DNA of 63,808 nt, the filler included, from Atractiella rhizophila (Eukaryota), in NCBI GenBank assembly GCA_021432655.1. It is 9 parts of 8 records of this genome, joined end to end, with 100 filler letters (N's around TTAATTAATTAA, not from the genome) between each part and the next. Parts side by side here need not be neighbours in the genome. Positions count along the whole stretch, not along the records: positions 1 to 10,020 come from MU272092.1; positions 10,121 to 15,632 come from MU272094.1; 7 more parts are not named here. One strand, 5' to 3'. Made by a program: the position numbers and the translations under genes. Below are positions 1-11,463 of this stretch, piece after piece. The notes beneath the pieces are model-generated. The model worked only from the letters and a program-made list of their open reading frames with translations, had not been told where the DNA came from and searched no databases. Each line of letters begins with the position of its first letter. Position 1 is the stretch's first letter.

Positions 1-1400
1 GTGAGGTGTGATAAGTCGAGCGGAGTGTGTAGAATGGAGGCCTTTCCATCATCGGAGCAGGGGGCAAGCACCACCTTGAGATGATATAGAAGAGGGGGTA
101 GAGGGTAATCTGAGATGGAGGGTGGAAGGGGACACATACTGGAGAGACAGAGCCATATGAGGGTGGATGGGAGGGCTAGCGTCTGGAGAGATGGGTATTT
201 GTGTAGCGTCAGCTCGCTGAGGCAAGGAGGTAATCGAGGACCCGCTGGTTCTGAAGCGTCGCGGGAGGGAGAAGGGTTCTCCACGTCGTAAGCCCTCAGC
301 ACTCTGATCCTGTCACCCATCCTGCACATAAAGTCCTCGACCTCATTCTTCCTCCACTTTCTCGAACCCTTATCCCCAAAGGTTACTGTATGCACCGTCT
401 TCAGGCTTTCAATGGCATTCAACACAATCCTCGCTTCTTGTTCATTCCAAAATCCATCAACCTCCACTGATGTGACATTGGGCGAGCCCCCGATGACCTC
501 TTTCACCATCCCAATGCTGACACGTTCTTTAAACGTTAGACTTTTCCACAGAAATCCCGCGCCGGGATACACTTTCAAGCGAACATACCGTTCAGCTATG
601 GAACTACCTTCGTCCCAATGAGGCACTGAAACAACCCTCCATAGCTGGCAGACATCAAAGAGGGTGGAAACGGAATGACTGGGGATGAAACTGAATATGT
701 GAGAGAGGAGCTCGACAGGTAGGCATGAGATTGAGGGTTGGATAATCGCTAGAGGTGGGGGGAGCAAGAGTTGGATAATGTTCGAGTCGTCGATATGGAA
801 GGATGTGAGGGATGACCTTTCTTCGTCACGGATAGGGACGAAGCGCCGTTTTTTCTTGGAGTATAAGGCTATGGGGGCGAAGATAGCATTGTCGCCAAGG
901 AGAGCAAATGTGCGTGTGTCGAGATCGCCATTTGAATCGACATCTGATTTGACATCTCTGGCAGCATGCGACACACCTTCGTCCTCTACGAAAGTTGCCG
1001 TGACGCTTTTGTAGTTGATGGTGATGCAAAGATTAGCAATGCCGTCCATCTTGACTGCACGTTCGGCGCGTTCCAGTGATAAAAACGACAATTTCGTAGG
1101 CATGACCAGCGTTTGCCAATGCTCCAATTCAGGAGATAAGACAAAAGTGATCCGGAGCGTGTGAATCGATGGAGCCAAGCAGGTTAGGAAAGAGGGAAGA
1201 ATGGAAATGTGAAACGAAGTGCTCAGTACGTCGGGAGTGATGACATTGACTAACGCACTCGAGTGTCGTTCCTGAAAGCGCTGGCAAGTGGATGTTTGCT
1301 GCTGATCCGTTTCCTGCAAGAAGACAGCACACAAGAGGCCGTAATGTATGTTAGATGAGAAGAAGCCAGCCGAAAAGATCAAATCATGCCTGCTTTGCAT
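1..1400 (-). CDS. Family-A F-box-like/LRR-like protein, copy A1 (3' end runs off the window)
   Basis: Not in the ORF track. Manual translation is open from ~1430 to base 1: ...SALVNVITPD..SILPSFL..MPTKLSFLSL..ISCLPVELLSHIFSFI..DVCQLWR..FWNEQEARIVLNAIESLK..GSRKWRKNEVEDF..MGDRIR..MCPLP, colinear with A2 and A3. Probable intron acceptor near 1314; true start uncertain. Confidence 0.8.
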   Translation of the reverse strand, partial: MQSRHDLIFSAGFFSSNIHYGLLCAVFLQETDQQQTSTCQRFQERHSSALVNVITPDVLSTSFHISILPSFLTCLAPSIHTLRITFVLSPELEHWQTLVMPTKLSFLSLERAERAVKMDGIANLCITINYKSVTATFVEDEGVSHAARDVKSDVDSNGDLDTRTFALLGDNAIFAPIALYSKKKRRFVPIRDEERSSLTSFHIDDSNIIQLLLPPPLAIIQPSISCLPVELLSHIFSFIPSHSVSTLFDVCQLWRVVSVPHWDEGSSIAERYVRLKVYPGAGFLWKSLTFKERVSIGMVKEVIGGSPNVTSVEVDGFWNEQEARIVLNAIESLKTVHTVTFGDKGSRKWRKNEVEDFMCRMGDRIRVLRAYDVENPSPSRDASEPAGPRLPPCLSELTLHKYPSLQTLALPSTLIWLCLSSMCPLPPSISDYPLPPLLYHLKVVLAPCSDDGKASILHTPLDLSHL

Positions 1401-1935
1401 CGTCGCCTGACGTAACTGAACGCATCTTGACTAGAATTCCAAACCTCAAAAACGCACAAACGGGGTCCAACTCGTTCGTCCAATATCAGGGGAGGGACAG
1501 AAAGATGTCGCGTTCCTGTGTTTGCGGGAAGCTTGGGACTGTGAAAGGTCTTGCGAATTTAGAAAGCAAAGGACGTGGGGAAAGAAGACAGGAGGACTAG
1601 TCTGTCAGGACGCCTGGGCACAATATGAGCATGAAGCCTAATCCTCCTTCTCTCCTCCGTTAGTGGCTCTGTGTCCCGGCTCTCTTCTCATATGTCCGAC
1701 TAGCTACAAAAGCTCTGCAAAGCTCACCTTAACGTGGCCACCGAAGGGAATTAACCAGTGATTTGACTTAGTGAACCCGTAAACCCGTCCGATAAGGATA
1801 AGGTACTGGAAACGGGTGCCAGTGTACCCCCGTCCCGTGCCCATTTTCATCCCCAACAGCGTCAAGCCCAAGGTTGCGTTGTATATTCTTCTTCCTCATA
1901 TTCAGTCTCACGCCGTTGTGCAAGATGTGCTGAAA

Positions 1936-3750
1936 ATGACCGAAACACTCACACTCACGACTGCTGACTCTACTCATGCGACGATGGAGCCGCTCTCTGT
2001 CCGTCTAGCTTTCCTTCATCATGATGTGTCTCATCTAACTTACATTTACAAGCAAGATTCTCATGAACCGACTGCACTTGTCAATGTCATCATCCCTAAC
2101 GATGAATATTGGACACCTTCCCAGTCGCTCTACCTCTCCATCCTTCCCTCTTTCCTATGTCACCTACCTCTGTCGGTTCACAAGGTGCAGATCACTTTCA
2201 TCTTCCTCGCTGGATTCACCAATGAGTCCCCTGCATTCCTTTGTTCGGAACTGTTATATTCGCCGCTTGGATGTCTCGAAGTGGGAAGTGGTGTAGCCAG
2301 GTTGCGTGTCAACTTCAGCGAGGAGACTGTGACAGTAACGGCTGAAGGGGAGGGGGAGGGACCTTCAGCCGTCAATTCGGATGATCAATCAACAACTTTC
2401 ACTCGCACTTTTGACCTCCCTCCAGCAAATCGTTCCTCTGCGATCTTTGCCCTCATTGCCATATATGTCCGCAACAAAGATCAATTTGCCCCCAGCAGTG
2501 AGGGTGAGGCATCATCCCCTGATCTGAGTGATGCGGCAATTATCCAACTGTCGCTCGCCCCAACTCCAGATGTTTCTCTATGCCATATCTCATGCCTTCC
2601 CATTGAGCTCCTCTATCTCATCTTCGATTTCCTCCCCATCAGTCAAGGGATTGGTGGGCCTCCAGCTTCCCGGTTGAATGAAATCCCCAAGATCTGGAGG
2701 GCTCTGTCAGCTGCGTTTTTGGATCAGACTGGTTCAACAGACAAATCCCCTGGCTCGACACTGTATCGTGGCCCTGCTGCTGCCCGTCTGTGGAGAAGTC
2801 TGTGGTTTTCTGAATATATGACCGTTACACAGGTGGAAGAGGTCGTTGTGGGTTGCCCAAATGTTGAAAACGTGTGGGTGAAGGCGTATTGGAGTGAAGA
2901 AGAAGCAAAGCTGGTGTTGAACACGATTGAAGGTCTGAAACGCCTGGAGAGGGTTACCTTTTTCAGCGGCTCGAGGAAGTGGAGGACGGATGAGGTGGAG
3001 AGCTTTGTGCAGCAGATGGGTGGGAGGATCAGAGCGCTTAACGCTCGCAACGTACAGGACTCTGCTTCCTCATCTGCCCCTTTTTTCGCATCAGCAGGAC
3101 TCCACCTTCCCCAGGGTTTCGAGTCCCTATGGCTTGACAGGTACCCGCCTCTCCCCTCGCTCTCCCTCCCTTCCACCCTGCAATCCTTGGAACTCACCAA
3201 TATGTGTCCCCTACCCACCTCATTCTCAGGCTCCCCTCTACCGCCTCTTCTAGAAAATCTTAAGCTTAAATTAGCGCCTTACTCTGCTAATGGCCATGCC
3301 TCTATCCTATCTGCTCCGCTCGACTTGTCATCCCTCACAAATCTCACCCAGCTCTCTCTCGACGGCGGCGAGGAAACCTCAAACCTGCTGTACCCCCACC
3401 TCTTCTGGACTCTCAGAGGCACAACTGGTATCAAAGACATATATGTTGGGTTCTGCATGGTGGACTCGTTCGGTTTCACAGATTTCATCTGCTGGTTCTT
3501 TGGGGATGAAAGGGAGAAGAAGGCATCCAAGAGGCAAGAGGTGCAGGAGGAAGGTGGACCCAAAGAGGTACAAGAGAGGAAAGAACGAAAGATAAGATTG
3601 GTTTTATTTTTTGGCGAGTGGCACGAGCAGGAGATTGGGATTGCTAGGAGGACGATGAAGGAGTGTGGGGTGGAGGAAGGGAAGACACGCCATGATTCAT
3701 GGGTTTGGGAGGCGGGGGAGGCTGATCAAGAAGACGTACTGTGGTTTTAA
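1936..3750 (+). CDS. Family-A F-box-like/LRR-like protein, copy A2
   Basis: ORF 1816..3750, first ATG 1936. F-box-like ISCLPIELLYLIFDFL..IPKIWRALS, then Leu-rich repeats (LPSTLQSLELTNMCPLP, LPPLLENLKL, LTNLTQLSLDGGEETSNL). Probable short in-frame intron near 2000-2050. Confidence 0.8.
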   Translation: MTETLTLTTADSTHATMEPLSVRLAFLHHDVSHLTYIYKQDSHEPTALVNVIIPNDEYWTPSQSLYLSILPSFLCHLPLSVHKVQITFIFLAGFTNESPAFLCSELLYSPLGCLEVGSGVARLRVNFSEETVTVTAEGEGEGPSAVNSDDQSTTFTRTFDLPPANRSSAIFALIAIYVRNKDQFAPSSEGEASSPDLSDAAIIQLSLAPTPDVSLCHISCLPIELLYLIFDFLPISQGIGGPPASRLNEIPKIWRALSAAFLDQTGSTDKSPGSTLYRGPAAARLWRSLWFSEYMTVTQVEEVVVGCPNVENVWVKAYWSEEEAKLVLNTIEGLKRLERVTFFSGSRKWRTDEVESFVQQMGGRIRALNARNVQDSASSSAPFFASAGLHLPQGFESLWLDRYPPLPSLSLPSTLQSLELTNMCPLPTSFSGSPLPPLLENLKLKLAPYSANGHASILSAPLDLSSLTNLTQLSLDGGEETSNLLYPHLFWTLRGTTGIKDIYVGFCMVDSFGFTDFICWFFGDEREKKASKRQEVQEEGGPKEVQERKERKIRLVLFFGEWHEQEIGIARRTMKECGVEEGKTRHDSWVWEAGEADQEDVLWF

Positions 3751-4199
3751 CGTATACACTGAAGATGCTACAGGAAGGTGGGTGTTTTATCCCGTCCTTG
3801 GTACCCAGCACAAAATGAACAGAGCGTATGTGGATAGCAGACATCGGAAGGGGGATGGTACCTCAGGACGGTACACTTTTCAGCGTTGCGACCTTGGATT
3901 TCTTTGGCATCTCACTTCCTCTTCAGCTCGACGACTCTTTACGTTTACTTAACCTTCAAGCTTTATCCTCCTTGTTGTTATGTTCTCTCAAAAGCTACAA
4001 GTCAAAGCAGTGTATCGATTTTGCTTTGTTGTCAGATTGTTCAGAGTATGTACCCCTACATGCAATATGTTGCTTCACCAAGGGTCATGTCAGTAAGTGC
4101 CAATGCAGTGCATCCTTTTTCTGAAGAACAGTCAAGGAGGCTCAACCTTCTTTCATCACGTTTTTCACTACCAACACTGTAAATCTCTTTCCCAAATCT

Positions 4200-4410
4200 T
4201 CATTTGAGGAAAATTTCGAGGAGATGAACTAAGAGAAAAGTGATCTGGAGTGTGTGAATTGTTGGATGTAAGCAAAACAGGAAAGATGGAGACATGGAGC
4301 GAAGTGCAGCTCATGAGGTGTCCTGGTATGGCGACTTGGACCAATGCCCTCGAGATTGCTTCCTGCGAGCCGTGACATAGGGTCACCGTTTGCTGCTTAA
4401 TCAATTTATG
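4200..4410 (-). pseudogene. Frameshifted N-terminal fragment of family A
   Basis: ALVQVAIPGHLMSCTSLHVSIFPVLL aligns to A1 ALVNVITPDVLSTSFHISILPSFL. DNA aaagtgatctggagtgtgtgaat (~4237) matches aaagtgatccggagcgtgtgaat (~1144), but the frame shifts and no F-box part follows. Confidence 0.55.
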
Positions 4411-5160
4411 GGAAGGGGCATTAGACTCGAGCCCACACTCCGAGTCTATGTTAAGATGACGAGGTACAAGCCGAAGAGGTAAAATTATGCCTGTTCTGCA
4501 TTGTTTCCCGAAAACAAAACTTGTAACATCCTCTTCGTCAGTTTCCTTAGCATCGTAAACATGATGAAGGGAGATCAAACTGTCCGCGAAAAGGACCGTG
4601 CGTGAAAGGGACCGCTGTCGATCTGTTATCTTCTTGTTGCGGTGTGCACGTGGGTGCAGTGATTGGGTACAGAGAATGTTCCCTATGTGGGTGAATATGG
4701 ATTCAAACGAAGGAAGTGAAGAATGGAATATTGACTGGACAGGGTTGGAGCAAGGAGAGTGAGAGGAAGGCGTCCTTGGCTGCATTCCTTGTTGGATACT
4801 CCCACCGTTGGTGCGAAGGTGAGTTGGGGTCTTCCATCTTCACCTGCATATCAGGTTAATGTGAACAAATTGCGCCTGCAATGTACTAATAAGTGGGACC
4901 TCTACCTGTCAAATTCAGACACTCCAAGTTGCAACGACGGCGAGAAATAAGATATTCTTGGCAATTGCAACGATTCTGATTATTGAAATAGAGCTCTTTT
5001 TGAGCCAGTCTGTGGGGGAATCTTCCCAACTCGTAATTCGGAACCACTCCTCTAACCCCACTTTTCAGGAGTAGGATACTGAGAATGACATATTAGAAAG
5101 CCTTGTGTTCTGATCGGGCCTTTCTCGAAGCCTAAGTGAAGTAAAGGTGCGTCTTCGAGA

Positions 5161-6969
5161 TTACTCCTCAACTTTCGCGATGATCCGTTTGCTCACCGCA
5201 CATTCTTTCATTCTCCTCCTAGCACTTCCGATCACATCCTCATGCCAATTTCCAAAGAATAAAAGAACATCAAGTACCATTATCCTCCCCTCCCCATCCG
5301 GCAAATCCTCCTCCTTCCCTCCCCTCACACGCCAATCACCGAAGAACCAGTATATAAAGTCCAGGAAGTCGGACGAGTCCACAACACAGAATGTCAACTC
5401 TACGCTCTGTAATGCTTTTGCATTTTTCAGAGTGCTGAAAAACTGGCTGGAAACGAGGTTTGAGGTTTCTTCGTCGCCGTCGAGGATTAGGAACGTGAGA
5501 TGAATGAGATGTGATAAATCGAGCGGAGTGAGTAACGTCGACGCTGTGTCGCCATCGAAGAAGGGGGCGAGCTCGATTGTGAGATGTTTCAGCCGAGGAG
5601 GAAGTGGGTAGTCCAAGATCGAGGAAGGAAGAGGACACATGTTAGAAAGTTCGAGGTGTTCGAGTGAGGGTGGGAGATAGAGTGATGTGAGTGGGGGATA
5701 TTTGTAAAGGTCCAGCAATGTGAGGCTAGGAGGTAATTCAAGCCCCGGTGATGTCGAGGGTGTTGAAAAGGGAGAAGAGTCTTCCAATTTGTAAGCCTTA
5801 AAGTGTCTGATCCTGTCACCCATCCTTTTCAAAAAGTTCTCCACCTCGTCCCTCCTCCATTTCCTAGAACCCTCTGCAAAAGTTACACCATGCAATCGTT
5901 TCAATCCTTCAATTGCCTTCAACACAATCTCAGCCAGCTCTTCATTCCAAAAGGCATGCACCTCCACATATGTAACATTCACCGCGCCAACTATGACCTC
6001 ATTCACCATCGCAACGCTGATACTTTCCTTGAACTTGAGTCCAGTCCACAAGCGTCCGGCACCACCATAGACTTGTAAACGCGCATGAGCCTCCTCCGTC
6101 GAAGTAGGTTGGCGCCAAAAGACAAGTGATATGCGCGCCCAGCGCATGCACACTTTGGAGAGGATGACAGTGTCGTTGAATGTCATAAACCCGAAGGTAA
6201 CGGCGAGGAGCTCAGCAGGCAAGCGCGAAATGAGGCAGGGAATAAACAATAAAGGTGGGGAGAGCGAGAGCTGGATAATGCTCGCATTTGTGTCTTGAAT
6301 GGATGGGAGGGGGGATCGTTCTTCATCGCCGATTGGGACGAAGCACCTTTTGTCGCTGGAGTATAAAGCGACGGTGGCGAAGATGGAATCTTTCGCAAGG
6401 AGAGGAAACGTACGTGTGAACGGCTCCGTGTATGGCGGTAAATTGTTGGAATTGATGTAAGAGTTGATGTTTGGTGAAATGAGGATTGAATCGAACCTTG
6501 AACCAACATCTGATTCGACGTCCGATTCGAAATACGCATGTCGTCCGACCAAGGCTACTGTGACATAGTTGTGGTTGAAGGTGACGCTAAAACTGAGTAT
6601 ACCGTCCTCGTCGACTGGACTTTTGAGAGAATCAACGGAGATATAGGATAATTTCGTGGGCACGAGTGCAAGCGACCGATGTATGAATCGACGAGGTAAG
6701 ACAAAGGTAATACGGAGAGCATGAACGTGCGGAGGCAGGCAAGATAGAAAAGAGGGCAGTACGGAGAGGTGGATCGAAGTGCAGAGTATGGCGGGGGTGA
6801 TGACATTGACGAGCGCGTTGGAGTCTGAGTCCTGAGAGGGTTGATATGAGGCAGATGTTAGGTGTTCAGTCGTCTCCTGATCCCATCATCATGTTAGTTG
6901 ACAGGAGGAGGGAAAAGAGAGATCAGACTGCACCCGCGTTGCCTCCCCTGTAGACGAAATCTGAATCAT
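5161..6969 (-). CDS. Family-A F-box-like/LRR-like protein, copy A3
   Basis: The 500-aa ORF is open upstream to ~6885 (NALVNVITPA..LSVLPSFL..LRITFVL). Intron 6877-6933 (GTGCAG..CTAAC..CAG) joins a short exon with ATG at 6969. F-box-like ISRLPAELLAVTFGFM..LSKVCMRWARIS. Confidence 0.8.
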
Positions 6970-8759
6970 CCCGACAGCTCGAGGTCAAGGGGACAAAAAT
7001 CGAGCCTGCGAGATCGAACAAAATGAGCCTGGCTTCCGTGAGAGAATAGTGGTGATGTCGATAGATTGTTTCCCCATTGGCGGATGGAAGTATTTTGAAT
7101 ACTCTCTCTCTTGTCCTGGAGAAGTTGACGTTAAGAAGCCTCTGTCCTTTGGCGATGAATGAACCATTCAAGGCTAGATTCAAGCGACAGGTGTGGGGAA
7201 CGAACCTGGATAGCTTGGAACATAAGATGGAAGCAAGGACAGAATATGCGCGTCCGTACCTGACTTCTCCATTGACAACACTCTACTGCGAAGGCGAGAG
7301 CATACTAAGAAATGGCCAAGTTTGTGAGGACGCGGAGAACAGCATGGAAGGCGCCATAATTCCTCTCGCTGATGATGCTACGCGTGTGCTCTTGCTGGGT
7401 GCCGGAAAACACACGGAGAGGAGTTCAACAGAGACGTCATCGAATGGAAGCGCGAACTTGCTTGGGACGATTTGGCATCCTTCCACTTTCTTTTTGAGTC
7501 CGTCACTCAGTCCCTCGATGCGTCCATCCTAGCCGCTCTGGATTCATCTCAATCCTCCGCACTCCGTCTCCTCACCTTTCCCATCCTCACCCCTTCACAA
7601 GCTTCACCGTCCCTCAGCAGCACAATCGTCTCACAGTGCCAAATAAAGGGGGAGATCGGGTAAAGTCAGAATCCGAATCACCGTTCATCCTCACACCGTG
7701 ACACAGGACTAGAATTGGAACGACTGCGTCGAGCAGGACAAAACTCGTAAGGGACGGAGTCGCGGTTCACTGTTTTAGAACAGTTTACCTTCGACAACCT
7801 GCGAGACCGCGCAATCGTTTCTCCAAAACCCCTTCCCACCACCCAGGCAGACCGATGCTGCAGTAGCTCTCTCCCACGGCCACCCAACCCCACTTCTAGT
7901 TCCCCCTTCTTCAATCCTCTCTCACGACCCCTTTTTCAGTTTCCCAACAGTACTCCTTCCCAACAGCAGTACCCTACTCCAATGCCTCCTTCTCTGGCAT
8001 CTAGCACACTTCAAGTCCTAACAAAGATATTAGAGGATGCGGAAACGGAAGGCTGCCCTAAGTTCGCTAAGGCCTTCCTGTGAACGTGCGAAGGGAAATC
8101 GGAGTGCAGGACGTCGAGGTTGTTGATGCGTGCTCACTGAGTCGTTCCACGCGGTCCTCCCCGAGTTGTCGACACGGAAAGCTTTCGTGTTACGGTCACG
8201 GACTCGTATGCAGGGGTGATGACATGGACTAACATCCTCGACCCTGAGAGGCCTTAGGATAGATTTCCTGCAATCATTTTCTAAAGGAAGAGTGGCCAGA
8301 GCCCCTAATCAAGTGGGGAAATCAATTATGCCTCGTAACATCATCACCGGACCAATATCGAACCATCTCGATCGTCACATTTCGAGGCAGGATTCGAAAC
8401 CGTGAGACGCTCCAAAGGAATTGTTTGTGGGAGAGCTGTGATGTTTATTTCTGAATTGGTGGCGGAGGAAGGAAGTATACGTCGCAAGCTTTACGACCCG
8501 TGGACTGCAACGACGACAGGCCAGAGTGTTGGTGAAATAGTTGATGGAAGCTGGACTTAGCTGGACAACGTTACCAGAGATGAATCGATGAATATTCGAT
8601 GAATCGTTGCATGACCACGTTATCTTAGAAGAGTGCTTTTGAGATCGCGTGACCGTCCCGTCTTGTCCCGTCCTCCATCGTGACATGTCAATGCCAGTGG
8701 TATATAATCGTGGGAGTTGCCTTCCTGGTTTTAACAGTGTGATAAATAGTTAACATCGG

Positions 8760-10020
8760 ATGGAGGTTACTTTCGAAGATGTCAAAGAGGCAGCGGAAAG
8801 AATTAGGTGTGGAACATCTTCCATCTTTCCAATCGCCTTTAAATCTTTCGTCTCGTTTCCCGTTTCTTGCCTTGACTCGGCGACCATGCCATATTTCATC
8901 TCTTGTGTATGTCTTGAGCGATATGCTTACGCAGATTACAGACCGTTTGTTAACAGAACACCTGTCTTAACGAGCACCACTATCGACAGTTTAGCGAGCA
9001 CACATCTCTCCTCATCCGCGAATCCGTTACGCATCAAGATCTTCTTCAAATGTGAGAACTTCCAAAAGATTGGCGGTGTGTCCTCTTTCAATCCATATCA
9101 TGGAAGAGTGCCTTAATGCGAACGGAATGGCATAGCGTTCAAATATCGAGGAGCCACCAACGCTATCTTGCAGCTAATCTCCTCTCCCGATCCCACGCAA
9201 AGCGTGATCACCCATTCTTCTGGAAACCACGCTCAAGCGCTCGCGCTCGCGGGTTCCCGACATGGTCTCCAAGCACACATTATCATGCCCTCCACCGCGC
9301 CAGCAGTTAAGAAGGCAGCCGTGATCGGGTATGGAGCGGCGGTACACGAGTGTGAGGCAACTCTGGAGTCGAGGGAAAGAAAGATGCAGGAGGTCATGCA
9401 AGAGCTGGAGAAAAGGGGGAAGAATGCTACTTTCGTTCCACCCTTCAATCATCCACATATCGTCGCTGGTCAAGGAACCGCAACGCTCGAATTGTTCGAA
9501 GAAAGAAACGTGCATGTGATGATGGCGCCCGTTGGAGGTGGAGGTTTGTTGAGTGGCACGGCGATCGCGGCGAAGGGTAAAGGAGAAGTGCTCGTTGTTG
9601 CCGCAGAACCTGCTGGTGTGTACCTTACAACTCAGTCCTGTGAAGATCATTTGATGAGCATCCTTGCCTAAAGGTGCGGACGATGCATTCCGCTCGTTTT
9701 ATGGCCAGGAACTTGTCCCGTCCACCAACCCAAGGACTGTAGCTGATGGACTACTCACGTCGCTTGGAGATGTCACTTACAAAATTGTAAAGGAGAAGGT
9801 GGATGCCATCTTTACTGTAGAGGAGCAAGAGATCATGTGCGCTTTCCCTTACAGTTCCGTCAGTGTGGTATTTATGAACCCATCTGCTGTAGACGGGCGA
9901 CAAAGCTAGTTTGGGAACGAATGAAGATGATCATCGAGCCTAGTTCTGCTGTCCCTCTGGCAGTGGCATTGTACTCTGAGAAATTTAAGGAGTATCTTCA
10001 AGACTGGGCACAGAAGAAGG
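8760..10020 (+). CDS. SRY1: Serine racemase / threo-3-hydroxyaspartate ammonia-lyase-like PLP enzyme (fold type II), 3' truncated by linker
   Basis: Spliced motifs RTPVLTS, FKCENFQKIG-AFKYRGA (PLP lysine), THSSGNHAQA, GQGT, PVGGGGLLSG, ADGL, IIEPSSAV. Confidence 0.9.
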
Positions 10021-10120
10021 NNNNNNNNNNNNNNNNNNNNNNNNNNNNNNNNNNNNNNNNNNNNTTAATTAATTAANNNNNNNNNNNNNNNNNNNNNNNN
10101 NNNNNNNNNNNNNNNNNNNN
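10021..10120. other. Artificial contig linker (44N-TTAATTAATTAA-44N)
   Basis: Identical 100-nt structure occurs eight times; core gives stops in all six frames. Confidence 0.98.
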
Positions 10121-11237
10121 TTCTTGAGGCGCTAGAAAAGCTCACTGCCGACCCAAACAACATCGTGTACATCATCTCTGGGCGTGACGCCACCTTCCTC
10201 GACTTACACCTCGGTCATATTTCTAACCTTGGACTGTCAGCAGAGCACGGATGCTTCATCAAACTTCCTGGTGAGAAGGAGTGGACAAATTTGACGGCAG
10301 ATATCGATATGGGATGGAAGCAGGACGTGGAGGAGATCTTCCGGTATTATGAGGCGAGGACGACGGGAAGTATGGTAGAGAAAAAAGCTAGTAGCGTCAC
10401 TTTCCACTATCGAAATGCCGATCCTGTCTTCGGTGACTTCCAAGGTCTGTTGTTTGACAACTCTGGATATATTGTGTTGACAATGGAAACAGCGAAGGAG
10501 TGCCAAGCTATGTTAGAGTCAATGCAAGATAGACTGCCTATTGATATCCTCGTTGTGAGCCATTTCGTGGAGAAAAAGTTGCACGCGACTGATGGGGTTA
10601 TTTCAGGGCAAGAAGAATGTTGAGGTTCGACCTGCTCATACAGACAAGGTTTGTCGCTTGAATGTTCCTGAAGAATCGGATAATGATGAGGTATTAGGGA
10701 GAAATCGTAAAGCGATTACTCTATCTGAACCCTGAGACAAACTTTGTCATTTGCGCCGGAGACGACAGGACAGGTCGGTCCCCCTTGGGCTGTGACATGC
10801 ACAGACAGACTGATGTTCGCGCAGACGAAGACATGTTCCGAGCGATACTGGCTATCAAAAACAGTGCAGCTCCCGGAGAAAAACCAACGATCCAACCTCC
10901 AGCATCCGTCACCATGTATCCATCCTCCCAGCGCTCGTCCCGCCGTTCCTCGAAGCATGTCACTCCCGCACGGACGCCTACAAATTCCCAATCTAACTCG
11001 AGTGGTGGAATTCTGAGCGAGCTCTCTTCCAAGCTGCCTACTTTGGCTAATGGCTCGACGCCCGGAACCGACGAGGATGAAGAAGGAGACATTGGTCCTA
11101 TAAAGAGTGATTTGGAAGCAACATCCACTTTTACGATCGCCATCGACCCGAAGATGGCACGAAACACGATCGCTGGATGGCATGTCGACACGCCTGAGGA
11201 TCTGATCGATATCCTCGCTTCCATGGCTGGTATTTAA
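10121..11237 (+). CDS. TPS2: Trehalose-6-phosphate phosphatase, C-terminal HAD domain (5' truncated)
   Basis: YIISGRD, LSAEHG, VEKKASSVTFHYRNAD, GKKNVEVRP, FVICAGDDR-TDEDMF across several introns. Confidence 0.92.
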
Positions 11238-11324
11238 GCAACGAAAGAACTTCAACGATATTGACGACTGGTCCGGATGTCTGCTCTGTTTGGATTGACT
11301 TATGGATACGATTTGAGAAATTGT

Positions 11325-11463
11325 CTGTCAACTGTTCAACGTGTAGCGAAAAGGGATCAAGAAGGTTTGGCAATAGAAAGAGTATCTGAAAGGTTGGGTA
11401 TTTGATGGCACAATAACAATATTCAAAACAGGCGGATTACTTTTATTTTCTCTGCGCAATGAA
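11325..11463 (+). repeat. Direct repeat copy R1 (~140 bp)
   Basis: ctgtcaactgttcaacgtgtagcgaaaaggg...ttttattttctctgcgcaatgaa; 14 differences by eye versus 13904-14043. Confidence 0.95.

Noticed and set aside
4168..4785. 205-aa ORF as an intact gene
   Set aside because: Only a short internal part resembles family A and it then shifts frame; the rest has no recognisable protein features.
10065..10076. Recurring TTAATTAATTAA palindrome as a biological repeat or CRISPR-like array
   Set aside because: Always centred in exactly 44+44 Ns; it is an all-frame-stop assembly linker.
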